From the NCBI GenBank assembly GCA_032718475.1, contig JAUCBJ010000528.1, positions 1-64,000 on the forward strand: a DNA stretch of 64,000 nucleotides, in the 5' to 3' direction. The notes under the pieces were generated by a model. That model was not told where the DNA came from, did not search any database, and saw nothing but the letters and a program-made list of their open reading frames with translations. Of the stretch, positions 33,901-49,560 are shown one piece after another; the first letter of the stretch is position 1; every line of letters begins with the position of its first letter. This DNA is from Nemertoderma westbladi (taxonomy: Eukaryota > Animalia > Xenacoelomorpha). The position numbers and the translations under genes are program-made.

Positions 33901-36900
33901 TTACTACACCTTGTGTACACTTTATGGACTGAGGTCAACGAGACATAATAATGGTGGCATTACTACACCTTGTGTACACTTTATGGACTGAGGTCAACGA
34001 GACATAATAATGGTGGCATTACTACACCTTGGGTACACTTTATGGACAAGGTCAGCGAGACATAATAATGGTGGCATTACTACACCTTGGGTACACTTTA
34101 TTGACTGAGGTCTCGGAGACATAATAATGGTGGCATTACTACACCTTGGGTACACTTTATGGACAAGGTCAGCGAGACATAATAATGGTGGAATTACTAC
34201 ACCTTGGGTACACTTTATTGACTGAGGTCTCGGAGACATAATAATGGTGGCATTACTACACCTTGGGTACACTTTATGGACTGAGGTCAACGAGACATAA
34301 TAATGGAGGCACTACTACACATTGGGTACACTTTATGGACTGAGGTCAACGAGACATAATAATGGTGGCATTACTACACCTTGGGTACACTTTATGGACT
34401 GAGGTCAACGAGACATAATAATGGTGGCATTACTACACCTTGTGTACACTTTATGGACTGAGGTCAACGAGACATAATAATGGTGGCATTACTACACCTT
34501 GGGTACACTTTATGGACAAGGTCAGCGAGACATAATAATGGTGGCATTACTACACCTTGGGTACACTTTATTGACTGAGGTCTCGGAGACATAATAATGG
34601 TGGCATTACTACACCTTGTGTACACTTTATGGACTGAGGTCAACGAGACATAATAATGGTGGCATTACTACACCTTGTGTACACTTTATGGACTGAGGTC
34701 AACGAGACATAATAATGGTGGCATTACTACACCTTGGGTACACTATATGGACTGCGGTCAGCGAGACATAATAATGGTGGCATTACTACACCTTGGGTAC
34801 ACTTTATGAACTGAGGTCAGCGAGACATAATAATGGTGGCATTACTACACCTTGGGTACACTTTATGGACTGAGGTCAACGAGACATAATAATGGTGGCA
34901 TTACTACACCTTGTGTACACTTTATGGACTGAGGTCAACGAGACATAATAATGGTAGCATTACTACACCTTGGGTACACTTTATGGACAAGGTCAGCGAG
35001 ACATAATAATGGTGGCATTACTACACCTTGGGTACACTTTATTGACTGAGGTCTCGGAGACATAATAATGGTGGCATTACTACACCTTGGGTACACTTTA
35101 TGGACAAGGTCAGCGAGACATAATAATGGTGGAATTACTACACCTTGGGTACACTTTATTGACTGAGGTCTCGGAGACATAATAATGGTGGCATTACTAC
35201 ACCTTGGGTACACTATATGGACTGAGGTCAGCGAGGAGACATAATAATGGTGGCATTACTACACCTTGGGTACACTTTATGGACAAGGTCAACGAGACAT
35301 AATAATGGTGGCATTACTACACCTTGGGTACACTTTATGGACTGAGGTCAGCGAGACATAATAATGGTGGCATTACTACACCTTGGGTACACTTTATGGA
35401 CTGAGGTCAGCGAGACATAATAATGGTGGCATTACTACACCTTGGGTACACTTTATGGACTGAGGTCAGCGAGGAGACATAATAATGGTGACATTACTAC
35501 ACCTTGGGTACACTTTATGGACTGAGGTCAACGAGGAGACATAATAATGGTGGCATTACTACACCTTGGGTACACTTTATGGACAAGGTCAGCGAGACAT
35601 AATAATGGTGGCATTACTACACCTTGGGTACACTTTATGGACTGAGGTCAGCGAGACATAATAATGGTGGCATTACTACACCTTGGGTACACTTTATGGA
35701 CTGAGGTCAGCGAGGAGACATAATAATGGTGGCATTACTACACCTTGGGTACACTTTATGGACTGAGGTCAGCGAGACATAATAATGGTGGCATTACTAC
35801 ACCTTGGGTACACTTTATGGACTGAGGTCAGCGAGGAGACATAATAATGGTGGCATTACTACACCTTGGGTACACTTTATGGACAAGGTCAGCGAGACAT
35901 AATAATGGTGGCATTACTACACCTTGGGTACACTTTATGGACTGAGGTCAGCGAGACATAATAATGGTGGCATTACTACACCTTGGGTACACTTTATGGA
36001 CTGAGGTCAGCGAGACATAATAATGGTGGCATTACTACACCTTGGGTACACTTTATGGACTGAGGTCAGCGAGACATAATAATGGTGGCATTACTACACC
36101 TTGGGTACACTTTATGGACTGAGGTCAGCGAGGAGACATAATAATGGTGGCATTACTACACCTTGGGTACACTTTATGGACTGAGGTCAGCGAGGAGACA
36201 TAATAATGGTGGCATTACTACACCTTGGGTACACTTTATGGACTGAGGTCAGCGAGACATAATAATGGTGGCATTACTACACCTTGGGTACACTTTATGG
36301 ACTGAGGTCAGCGAGACATAATAATGGTGGCATTACTACACCTTGGGTACACTTTATGGACTGAGGTCAGCGAGGAGACATAATAATGGTGGCATTACTA
36401 CACCTTGGGTACACTTTATGGACTGAGGTCAGCGAGGAGACATAATAATGGTGGCATTACTACACCTTGGGTACACTTTATGGACTGAGGTCAGCGAGGA
36501 GACATAATAATGGTGGCATTACTACACCTTGGGTACACTTTATGGACAAGGTCAACGAGACATAATAATGGTGGCATTACTACACCTTGGGTACACTTTA
36601 TGGACTGAGGTCAGCGAGGAGACATAATAATGGTGACATTACTACACCTTGGGTACACTTTATGGACAAGGTCAACGAGACATAATAATGGTGGCATTAC
36701 TACACCTTGGGTACACTTTATGGACTGAGGTCAGCGAGTCATAATAATGGTGGCATTACTACACCTTGGGTACACTTTATGGACTGAGGTCAGCGAGTCA
36801 TAATAATGGTGGCATTACTACACCTTGGGTACACTTTATGGACTGAGGTCAGCGAGACATAATAATGGTGGCATTACTACACCTTGGGTACACTTTATGG

Positions 36901-39900
36901 ACTGAGGTCAGCGAGACATAATAATGGTGGCATTACTACACCTTGGGTACACTTTATGGACTGAGGTCAGCGAGACATAATAATGGTGGCATTACTACAC
37001 CTTGGGTACACTTTATGGACTGAGGTCAGCGAGACATAATAATGGTGGCATTACTACACCTTGGGTACACTTTATGGACTGAGGTCAGCGAGACATAATA
37101 ATGGTGGCATTACTACACCTTGGGTACACTTTATGGACTGAGGTCAGCGAGACATAATAATGGTGGCATTACTACACCTTGGGTACACTTTATGGACTGA
37201 GGTCAGCGAGACATAATAATGGTGGCATTACTACACCTTGGGTACACTTTATGGACTGAGGTCAGCGAGACATAATAATGGTGGCATTACTACACCTTGG
37301 GTACACTTTATGGACTGAGGTCAGCGAGACATAATAATGGTGGCATTACTACACCTTGGGTACACTTTATGGACTGAGGTCAGCGAGACATAATAATGGT
37401 GGCATTACTACACCTTGGGTACACTTTATGGACTGAGGTCAGCGAGGAGACATAATAATGGTGGCATTACTACACCTTGGGTACACTTTATGGACTGAGG
37501 TCAGCGAGACATAATAATGGTGGCATTACTACACCTTGGGTACACTTTATGGACTGAGGTCAGCGAGGAGACATAATAATGGTGGCATTACTACACCTTG
37601 GGTACACTTTATGGACTGAGGTCAGCGAGGAGACATAATAATGGTGACATTACTACACCTTGGGTACACTTTATGGACAAGGTCAACGAGACATAATAAT
37701 GGTGGCATTACTACACCTTGGGTACACTTTATGGACTGAGGTCAGCGAGACATAATAATGGTGGCATTACTACACCTTGGGTACACTTTATGGACTGAGG
37801 TCAGCGAGTCATAATAATGGTGGCATTACTACACCTTGGGTACACTTTATGGACTGAGGTCAGCGAGACATAATAATGGTGGCATTACTACACCTTGGGT
37901 ACACTTTATGGACTGAGGTCAGCGAGACATAATAATGGTGGCATTACTACACCTTGGGTACACTTTATGGACTGAGGTCAGCGAGACATAATAATGGTGG
38001 CATTACTACACATTGGGTACACTTTATGGACTGAGGTCAGCGAGTCATAATAATGGTGGCATTACTACACCTTGGGTACACTTTATGGACTGAGGTCAGC
38101 GAGACATAATAATGGTGGCATTACTACACCTTGGGTACACTTTATGGACTGAGGTCAGCGAGAAGACATAATAATGGTGGCATTACTACACCTTGGGTAC
38201 ACTTTATGGACTGAGGTCAGCGAGACATAATAATGGTGGCATTACTACACCTTGGGTACACTTTATGGACTGAGGTCAGCGAGACATAATAATGGTGGCA
38301 TTACTACACCTTGGGTACACTTTATGGACTGAGGTCAGCGAGGAGACATAATAATGGTGGCATTACTACACCTTGGGTAAACTTTATGGACAAGGTCAGC
38401 GAGACATAATAATGGTGGCATTACTACACCTTGGGTACACTTTATGGACTGAGGTCAGCGAGACATAATAATGGTGGCATTACTACACCTTGGGTACACT
38501 TTATGGACTGAGGTCAGCGAGACATAATAATGGTGGCATTACTACACCTTGGGTACACTTTATGGACTGAGGTCAGCGAGACATAATAATGGTGGCATTA
38601 CTACACCTTGGGTACACTTTATGGACTGAGGTCAGCGAGTCATAATAATGGTGGCATTACTACACCTTGGGTACACTTTATGGACAAGGTCAGCGAGACA
38701 TAATAATGGTGGCATTACTACACCTTGGGTACACTTTATGGACAAGGTCAGCGAGTCATAATAATGGTGGCATTACTACACCTTGGGTACACTTTATGGA
38801 CTGAGGTAAGCGAGGAGACATAATAATGGTGGCATTACTACACCTTGGGTACACTTTATGGACAAGGTCAACGAGACATAATAATGGTGGCATTACTACA
38901 CCTTGGGTACACTTTATGGACAAGGTCAACGAGACATAATAATGGTGGCATTACTACACCTTGGGTACACTTTATGGACTGAGGTCAGCGAGATATAATA
39001 ATGGTGGCATTACTACACCTTGGGTACACTTTATGGACTGAGGTCAACGAGACATAATAATGGTGGCATTACTACACCTTGGGTACACTTTATGGACAAG
39101 GTCAACGAGACATAATAATGGTGGCATTACTACACCTTGGGTACACTTTATGGACTGAGGTCAGCGAGACATAATAATGGTGGCATTACTACACCTTGGG
39201 TACACTTTATGGACAAGGTCAGCGAGACATAATAATGGTGGCATTACTACACCTTGGGTACACTTTATGGACAAGGTCAGCGAGACATAATAATGGTGGC
39301 ATTACTACACCTTGGGTACACTTTATGGACAAGGTCAGCGAGACATAATAATGGTGGCATTACTACACCTTGGGTACACTTTATGGACAAGGTCAGCGAG
39401 ACATAATAATGGTGGCATTACTACACCTTGGGTACACTTTATGGACAAGGTCAGCGAGACATAATAATGGTGGCATTACTACACCTTGGGTACACTTTAT
39501 GGACTGAGGTCAGCGAGACATAATAATGGTGGCATTACTACACCTTGGGTACACTTTATGGACAAGGTCAACGAGACATAATAATGGTGGCATTACTACA
39601 CCTTGGGTACACTTTATGGACAAGGTCAGCGAGACATAATAATGGTGGCATTACTACACCTTGGGTACACTTTATGGACAAGGTCAACGAGACATAATAA
39701 TGGTGGCATTACTACACCTTGGGTACACTTTATGGACAAGGTCAACGAGACATAATAATGGTGGCATTACTACACCTTGGGTACACTTTATGGACAAGGT
39801 CAACGAGACATAATAATGGTGGCATTACTACACCTTGGGTACACTTTATGGACTGAGGTCAACGAGACATAATAATGGTGGCATTACTACACCTTGGGTA

Positions 39901-42203
39901 CACTTTATGGACAAGGTCAGCGAGACATAATAATGGTGGCATTACTACACCTTGGGTACACTTTATGGACTGAGGTCAGCGAGACATAATAATGGTGGCA
40001 TTACTACACCTTGGGTACACTTTATGGACAAGGTCAACGAGACATAATAATGGTGGCATTACTACACCTTGGGTACACTTTATGGACAAGGTCAGCGAGA
40101 CATAATAATGGTGGCATTACTACACCTTGGGTACACTTTATGGACAAGGTCAACGAGACATAATAATGGTGGCATTACTACACCTTGGGTACACTTTATG
40201 GACAAGGTCAACGAGACATAATAATGGTGGCATTACTACACCTTGGGTACACTTTATGGACAAGGTCAACGAGACATAATAATGGTGGCATTACTACACC
40301 TTGGGTACACTTTATGGACTGAGGTCAACGAGACATAATAATGGTGGCATTACTACACCTTGGGTACACTTTATGGACAAGGTCAACGAGACATAATAAT
40401 GGTGGCATTACTACACCTTGGGTACACTTTATGGACAAGGTCAGCGAGACATAATAATGGTGGCATTACTACACCTTGGGTACACTTTATGGACAAGGTC
40501 AACGAGACATAATAATGGTGGCATTACTACACCTTGGGTACACTTTATGGACTGAGGTCAACGAGACATAATAATGGTGGCATTACTACACCTTGGGTAC
40601 ACTTTATGGACAAGGTCAACGAGACATAATAATGGTGGCATTACTACACCTTGGGTACACTTTATGGACAAGGTCAACGAGACATAATAATGGTGGCATT
40701 ACTACACCTTGGGTACACTTTATGGACAAGGTCAACGAGACATAATAATGGTGGCATTACTACACCTTGGGTACACTTTATGGACTGAGGTCAACGAGAC
40801 ATAATAATGGTGGCATTACTACACCTTGGGTACACTTTATGGACAAGGTCAACGAGACATAATAATGGTGGCATTACTACACCTTGGGTACACTTTATGG
40901 ACAAGGTCAACGAGACATAATAATGGTGGCATTACTACACCTTGGGTACACTTTATGGACTGAGGTCAACGAGACATAATAATGGTGGCATTACTACACC
41001 TTGGGTACACTTTATGGACAAGGTCAGCGAGACATAATAATGGTGGCATTACTACACCTTGGGTACACTTTATGGACTGAGGTCAGCGAGACATAATAAT
41101 GGTGGCATTACTACACCTTGGGTAAACTTTATGGACTGAGGTCAGCGAGACATAATAATGGTGGCATTACTACACCTTGGGTACACTTTATGGACTGAGG
41201 TCAGCGAGACATAATAATGGTGGCATTACTGCACCTTGGGTACACTTTATGGACTGAGGTCAGCGAGACATAATAATGGTGGCATTACTACACCTTGGGT
41301 ACACTTTATGGACTGAGGTCAGCGAGACATAATAATGGTGGCATTACTACACCTTGGGTACACTTTATGGACTGAGGTCAGCGAGACATAATAATGGTGG
41401 CATTACTACACCTTGGGTACACTTTATGGACAAGGTCAGCGAGACATAATAATGGTGGCATTACTACACCTTGGGTACACTTTATGGACTGAGGTCAGCG
41501 AGGAGACATAATAATGGTGGCATTACTACACCTTGGGTACACTTTATGGACAAGGTCAACGAGACATAATAATGGTGGCATTACTACACCTTGGGTACAC
41601 TTTATGGACTGAGGTCAGCGAGACATAATAATGGTGGCATTACTACACCTTGGGTACACTTTATGGACTGAGGTCAGCGAGACATAATAATGGTGGCATT
41701 ACTACACCTTGGGTACACTATATGGACTGAGGTCAGCGAGACATAATAATGGTGGCATTACTACACCTTGGGTACACTTTATGGACAAGGTCAGCGAGAC
41801 ATAATAATGGTGGCATTACTACACCTTGGGTACACTTTATGGACAAGGTCAGCGAGACATAATAATGGTGGCATTACTACACCTTGGGTACACTTTATGG
41901 ACAAGGTCAGCGAGACATAATAATGGTGGCATTACTACACCTTGGGTACACTTTATGGACTGAGGTCAACGAGACATAATAATGGTGGCATTACTACACC
42001 TTGGGTACACTTTATGGACAAGGTCAGCGAGACATAATAATGGTGGCATTACTACACCTTGGGTACACTTTATGGACTGAGGTCAACGAGACATAATAAT
42101 GGTGGCATTACTACACCTTGGGTACACTTTATGGACTGAGGTCAACGAGACATAATAATGGTGGCATTACTACACCTTGGGTACACTTTATGGACAAGGT
42201 CAA
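33842..42203. repeat. Satellite, 59-bp monomer (58- and 62-bp variants), ~140 copies
   Basis: CATTACTACACCTTGGGTACACTTTATGGACTGAGGTCAGCGAGACATAATAATGGTGG; no unique spacers. Confidence 0.97.
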
Positions 42204-42949
42204 TTTTTAAATAAAACGTTCTAGAAAAAAATATTTATTCCAGAACATAATTTATTTTAAAAATTAATATAAAATATGTTCACGAACATTTAAAAAGTAG
42301 CCAAAACTAGCTAGCATAAAAAAAACTGGTCCAAGGGTGCCTGCCCAAGGTGAAGTAATGCCCACCAATCCAATTAGATTCTCGCGTTTTAGGAGGAGGT
42401 GATAAATATTCGAGAACACTAAATTATTTAACATTGAGTTAGGCCGTGTTCACATTACCGAGTCAGGAGTTGAAGAATACAATAATTGGAATCGCAGTAA
42501 ATATGGGAGCAATATAGTAAAATACTATAGTTCAATTTATTTATATTGTAACACTATATTACTCTATCTTTAAAGAATTAAACAAAAAAGTACAAATTTA
42601 AGAATAAAAATTACGTATTACAGGGGAAAAAACGTAGGACATTTTTGTCATTATTCTCTCGCCCCTTTATTAACCTCGCTCGCCAGCGTATTTTTGTATA
42701 TTGTATATTTCGTTATTGTCACCTAGGCGCCTAGCAGCTAACAGATACAATAACTATCTTTCTGCTGTACTGGCAATGTCCATCATTATTATTGCTGTGA
42801 TTTATTATGTTTATTCTGTTGAATCATTATTGCGTGCAAGTGGACCATCTATTATTAGAGCTTCTCACATGACATTCACCTCTATTTTCATTTCAAACCC
42901 TCGACTGGATCTATCACTGCGTAGGACCCCTGGTCGAAGGCTGGTGGAT

Positions 42950-43750
42950 GGGAACATACACACTGGGAGAGAATGATTACATTCCATATCGACAAAACCT
43001 CGTACAATAGCCCACCGACACACCTGTGGGAAGAGTGACTACAACCAATACCTACAAAACCTCTTACAATGGCTGACTGACAGAAGGGTAGGAAGTGCGA
43101 CTACAACCAATATCTACAAAACCTCGTACAACGGCTGATCGACACACGGGTAGGAAGAGCGACTACAACCAATATCTACAAAACCTCGTACAACGGCTGA
43201 TCGACACACAGGTAGGAAGAGCGACTACAAGCAATATCTACAAAACCTCGTACAACGGCTGATCGTCACAAGGGTAGGAAGAGCGACTACAACCAATACC
43301 TACAAAACCTCTTACAATGGCTGACTGACAGAAGGGTAGGAAGAGCGACTACAACCAATATCTACAAAACCTCGTACAACGGCTGATCGACACAAGGGTA
43401 GGAAGAGCGACTACAACCAATATCTACAAAACCTCGTACAACGGCTGATCGACACAAGGGTAGGAAGAGCGACTACAACCAATATCTACAAAACCTCTTA
43501 CAATGGCTGACTGACACAAGGGTAGGAAGAGCGACTACAACCAATATCTACGCAAACCTCTTACAACGGCTGACCAACACAAGGGTAGGAAGAACGACTA
43601 CAACCAATATCTACAAAACCTCGTACAATGGCTGACCAACACACGGGTAGGAAGAGCGACTACAACCAATATCTACAAAACCCCGTACAACGGCTGATCA
43701 ACACAAGGGTAGGAAGAGTGACTACAACCAATATCTACAAAACCTCGCAC
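42950..43750. repeat. 62-bp diverged tandem repeat, left part
   Basis: GGGTAGGAAGAGCGACTACAACCAATATCTACAAAACCTCGTACAA... units. Confidence 0.93.
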
Positions 43751-45700
43751 TACTAGGATCGGCATGCTGCATTGCAGCTGCATTTTTAAGGAATTTTAAT
43801 ATTGGAAGCGGAATTAAAACCCTACAAATGGTGCCAGACATCGAATAGACACTCAGCCAGTACGGTACCATTGGATGTTTGGGAATCACATTTCAGCGAT
43901 TTACTTGGACGGGTAGAGGACGAGGAGACGAGCTATGCGGCCCCTCAGCTAGACTCCCCAGTCATAGATGCCCACGATGCCTGCAACCGACCGTTCTCTA
44001 CAAAGGAAATCGAAGGCGAACTGAAGAGGAAGGCTAACGGAAAATCCGGTGGTCCGGATAACATAACTTACGAGGCACTCAAGGGATCCATTTCGGCTAC
44101 ATTACACTTATGGGTTATATTATTTAACCTTTGTTGGTTCACAGGAAACCTAGTTTCTTCATGGAAAACCGGAATTATGAAAGGAATTGGCTCCTTATTT
44201 GATCCGAACTCATTTCGAGGTATTGCTTTACTTTCCAATCCATACAAACTCCTCACCTCTCTGGTACAACGAAGACTTCGAGAATTCCTGCAGGATAAGA
44301 TACCGAAACATCAGTTCGGCTTTATGCCAGGGCGTTCGACCATGCAACCGTTGACCCAGTTTATCGCTCACATTCAAGGGAATCTGACTTACCCAAAAAA
44401 ACCAACCTTTGTGGCTTTCGTGGATTTCAAGAAGGCCTTCGATAGCATCCCGAGGGCTGCTTACTGTTCAAACTCGAACACACCTTCAAAGTAACTGGAT
44501 GTCTACTCAACTTGATCAAAGCTATTCTAACAACCAACTATATACAAGTCTTTGATGGGCTCAGGAAATCGAAGTTAATACACCAGATAAGGGGCCTTGC
44601 CCAAGGTGATCCGCTTAGTCCCTTCCTCTTTATACTCTACATCTGGGACCTTATTAATGTAATCAAACAAGCGGCCTCGGCAATAATAATATTCCTGTTT
44701 GCGGACGATCTTCTTGTCATTAGTGACACCAGAGAGGGGCTGCAGGCGGCTCTAGACGCCATTGCGGAATGGTCATCTAATAATGGACTTCAGGTGAACC
44801 TCCGGAAGACCGAAATAATGAAATTTCGCCGCGGAGGTCGGCTTAGTAAATTAGATTCATTCAATTACAACGGCAACCCCATCAAAATCACAAACTCTTC
44901 CACCTACCTAGGCGTTGTTTTTCAACCTTCTCTTTCATTTTCCCGCCACATCCTTAAGGTATTCACTAAATCTCTAGCAGTAACTCATTCCATAAAGAAC
45001 CCATGATTGTTATCTCTTTCGACAGCCATAAAGCTTTTTAACATTAAAATTCTACCTATTATTTCATACAGTTTACTCGCTATTTGGCCCCAATTAACAG
45101 TGGCAAATTTTACAATGATTGACAGAATTAAGACGGCATTCTTAAAACGAGTTTTAGGCGTCCACAAGAGCTCGAAAAATCGGTTGGTCTTCGCTCTGTG
45201 CCAGGAAACCCATTTGGCCAAAGAACTACAGTCGAATAGCAATTTTCCTGCGACCGATGAATTCAAAAAATACATCGGCACAATCGAAGAAAAACACAGA
45301 GAGATCAACTCGGATTTCTGGACTGCCCCTGGATTTATAAACAGGAACTGGACCGAGCCAAGATCTAAATCCAGACACGTAATCGCACGCTTCTCGATTC
45401 ATGGCTTTCACCATCTGGTCTGCCAATCTAATGTTTTCCACGATATTTCCCCAGATTGCCGTTGCAAGTTGTGCGGCGGAGCGGCTCCTCTTCTACACTT
45501 GCTGGATTGTCCAGGAAATTCGCGCAGTCTTACTGAGTTAGCAACCAAGATCAATCCTCAGTTGTAACGTAACCAAGGAATTCTAAATTTTCGTGCTTTT
45601 TAATACTTTTTACATAATTATTTATTTGTCTATATTTTAACCTTTTACTGCACAGTTGTCGTTTAAGTGCCGCTTCCCTGGCTTGTTAATTAAAAAAAAT
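43751..45700 (+). mobile_element. 5'-truncated non-LTR retrotransposon; RT pseudogene with C-terminal CCHC
   Basis: FRGIALL, QFGF..GRST, FVDFKKAFDSI, GLAQGDPLSPFLF, LFADD, YLG, CKLC...HLLDC; frameshift ~44460 and stop at 45004-45006; ends in A/(AT)n. Confidence 0.9.
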
Positions 45701-45721
45701 ATATATATATATAAATATTTT

Positions 45722-48625
45722 TAAGAAAGCTGTGCCGGCTTGTCGACAAAATTGCGCCACCACAACTCCCTATCACCCATGACATTTGCTAGATCATCCG
45801 CATCTTCAAGACCAGTGTCCTTTAAGATGCGTCTCAAGAAAGTCAGGTCCTCACCTGACTTCCGGATCCATGATCCCAGGTAACATAAGTCATCCACATG
45901 CTCAAGCATACCATCCTTTGAGCTTATGCTCATCCGATCAGAGACTTGCTGAGGACTTTCAAAGTTAACTGTCAAAATTTTGGTCTTTCTGGAGTTAATA
46001 AAAAGACAAACACTAGAAGCAGCATGTTCTAATGAGCTGAGGAGCCGTTGGGCACCCTCTAGTGATTCTGAGAGTACTCCTAAGTCATCAGCAAAGTCTA
46101 GATCAGTTAGGTACTTGGCAGGATTTCCTTGGAACCAGTAGGTGGAGTTATCATCACCCCATCATCATTATGATGATCTAAGGATATGCGTAGAACATAG
46201 TCAACCACAATTATGAACAAGAATTATGCAAGTGTGTCTCCCTGGAGGACGTCCCATAACACTTCAAATGGTTCTGTGTCACCATCAACAGTAGACACAA
46301 ATGTTGTCGAACCATCGTATACTGATCTGATTGCTGCAATAATTTCATCAGGAATCCCATATAATGAAACTATGCTGAACATACATGAGCGAGAGACTGA
46401 ATCAAAGGCCTTGAAGAAGTCAACAAAGATAACAGCCAGATGCCTGTCTTTCTTTTTTGATAACTCTTCAATTATCCTTCTAAGTGCCAAAATGGGCTCC
46501 ATGGTCCCACGACCTTACGGAACCCATTCTGATTTCCACGGGGCAGTCTCTCAATGGGGTCCCTGATGCGATTTAATATAATTCTATTGTATAGCTTTGC
46601 AGCAATCGAGATCAATGAGATTCCCCGAAAAGAACCATAGAGTGTTAGGTTGCCCTTCTTGGGAACTGGCACCAACTTATTTGTTTTCATTTCTTGTGGG
46701 ACTTGTTGTTCGGTACATGTTAGATGAGCTTTAAACCCTCAGGTATTTTAAAGACCCCAGAGGGCAAAACCATCTAATCCACTGGCACGATTGGTCTTAA
46801 TGCTCTTTGCAGCAGCCTTCACTTTTGCAAAGGAGATATCGCCAATGGGAATATCTGGGAGTACAGACTCAGACACGTTTACTTCTATAAAGTTATCAGG
46901 CAATACCCTGTCATTATTGATGAGCTTTTCAAAGTGGGCCTTCCACCCATTGAGGCGATCGGCTGGTGATTCAGCCTTAACCTTGGTGGTTGGTTGGCTT
47001 TTCCGACCAGTAAGCAATTTGATCGATTTCCATGCCTCCAAACTTGGCTGTTGCAACAGAGAGGACCAGTCATGTTGCGGCAAGGCAGATTTCGTTGTTC
47101 TGCTAGCATGCAGACTAAGTCTTACCTTGGCCACAATAAGGCGGTGATTACTGGAGAAGGGTCGAAGTGTAAATGCATTACAGTCTTGTATAGAGCTCCT
47201 GTATTTCCTACGAAACAGAATATGGTCTATCTGGGACTTGTGACCATTGGGTCCACTATGAGTCCATAGCTTTCCAGTTCGCTTCTTGAACTGGGTTCCA
47301 GCCGAGATTTCCAGAGATAAAATCCTGAAGATGGACGGAATTTCGGTTAACACTATTGCTATAGACCCAGGGCGATGTAGGTGATTGATGCAGACTTGGC
47401 AGTAAAGTCTCCCAGGAATGTTAAGAATGCATGCTGATCCACTCCATCAGTAGCTGCTTGTAGATTGTGGTAGAAATTTTCCACCTCCTCTACAGGTGTA
47501 ACACCAGTTGGAGAGTAGCACACAATCAGAACCACCTTAGGATACTTCTTAGCCAGTCTTCCAGAACATGAGAAGTGGCAACGGATGATGCGGTTAGAGA
47601 TTTAGTCTATTTTGTCCAATGCTGCACGTGCAGTTGGATTCATCAATAGACCAATACCACCATTGCCACTGTCATCTGCTGACGTGAGGCGAGTCGCCAA
47701 CCGCCCCCCATGTCCTTAATCAGAACCTCATCAGTCTGTCCAGTCTGCATTCGGTGCTCCTGAACACCCACTGCGCTAAGAGAAAGCTTATCTGCCAAGG
47801 CAGTCAGCTCACCTTGTCACATTGGGGACCCGAGTGTTAGGGTGTTTACTGAGGCTAGTCTAGTGACTTGCCTTAGATTCACCAATGGCTTTGTTGGTCG
47901 GGGTGGAACATGAGAGTAGCCTCCAAATCCAGAATCCCTCTCCCCCTCACAATCTGGCCTCCATGGTTACCCAGGGTTTGGGCCAGAAAGGTCATCAGGA
48001 AAGGGACTCAAAGAATTGTTGGCTGCTCTCTCTCCAGTAGGGGGTGAGACAGGCAGCCGGTCAGGAGATAACTGACGCCTGTGAGGCCGATTGTGTCCGG
48101 TATTCCACTGGCCTCTAGTGGCTGGACCTCCGCATTAGTAATGTAATCCATAGTGGGGGTTGGGGGGTGCTTTTTTGCCGAGTCAGCTCTAGGGGCAAAT
48201 ACCACACCCTGGTTTGCCATTCCACAGGGTGGGTGTCGCAGTGGAGTCAGATATGAGGCCCATCACCCACTACTCTGACGCACATGACCCACCATTGGCT
48301 GTGCAGCTCATCTGCTGGGTCATGCCCTGTACCCCTGCTGCCAGGTGCAGGTCGCAATGAAGTGCACTCAGAATGGACATGAGAACACTCTACTCCTGAC
48401 CAGCCATTGGTAGATCACCATCTGCCTGGCCAGGCCATATACCCCTGCAGCCAAGTATATGGGTCCTTAATCCAGGACCAAGGGCATCCTTATCCCAGAA
48501 CGAAGGGGGTCGTAGTTACAGGACCAGATTTGCCCTAGTAAGAGGGTCTATGTAGCTACAGGTGGCACCTCCTTTATGCTGCATGGAGGTGGCAAGTTTT
48601 CTTGATCAATGACCTAGAATACCTG
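45722..48625 (-). mobile_element. Degenerate RTE-clade LINE (APE endonuclease + RT), near full length
   Basis: LWTH..PNG..SQIDHIL, FRGISL.SIAAKLYN, FVDF.KAFDSV, VLQGDTLA, DLDFADD (~46110-46085), C-terminal DRELW; many frameshifts. Confidence 0.85.
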
Positions 48626-48629
48626 ACCT

Positions 48630-49560
48630 GACAAATGGTTGACCGACACATGGGTAGGAAGAGCGACTACAACCAATATCTACGCAAACCTCGTAAAATG
48701 GGTGACCGACACAAGGGTAGGAAGAGCAACTACAACCAATATCTACGAAACCTCTTACAATGGCTGACTGACACACAGGTAGGAAGAGTGACTAAAACCC
48801 CTATCTACAAAACCTCGTACAACGGCTGATCGACACACGGGAAGGAAGAGCGACTACAACCAATATCTAGAAAACCTCGTACAATGGCTGACCGACACAA
48901 GGGTAGGAAGAGCGACTACAACCAATATCTACAAAACCTCGTACAACGGCTGATCAACACACGGGTAGGAAGAGCGACTACAACCAATATCTAGAAAACC
49001 TCGTGCAATGGGTGACCAACACACGGGTAGGAAGAGCAACTACAACCAACATCTACGAAACCTCTTAGAATGGCTGACCGACACATAGGTAGGAAGAGTG
49101 ACTACAACCCCTATCTACACAACCTCGTACAACGGCTGACCAATACACAGGTAGGAAGAGCTACTACAACCTCTATTTATAAAAACCTTGTACAACCGTG
49201 ACCAACACACAGTAGGAAGAGAGGTAGTATCCCCTATCTAAACAACCTCGTACAATGTCTGACTGACACATGGGTAGGAAGAGCGATAACAACCCATTAC
49301 GAAACCTCGTACAACAGCTAACTCGCACACGGGTAGGAAGAGCATCTACAACCCATCTACTAAACCTCGTACAATGGCTGACTGACACTGGAAGAGCAAC
49401 TACAACCCCTATATAAAAACCTCGTACAACAGCTGATGCTGACCGACACATGGGTAGGAAGAGCAACTAGAATTGATATCTATGCAACCTCGTACAATGG
49501 CTGACTGACACATGGTTAGGAAGAGAGACTACAACCCCCATCTATGAAACCTTGTACAAC
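48630..49560. repeat. 62-bp diverged tandem repeat, right part (same family and orientation as 42950-43750)
   Basis: Same monomer resumes after the LINEs. Confidence 0.93.

Noticed and set aside
33842-42203. CRISPR-like regular repeats (also 56103-64000)
   Set aside because: Head-to-tail monomers without unique spacers, no cas genes, eukaryotic context
17850-42932. CAGGGGT...ACCCCTG as TIRs of a giant DNA transposon
   Set aside because: Only 7-bp match and flanks agree at 4/8 positions; likely chance
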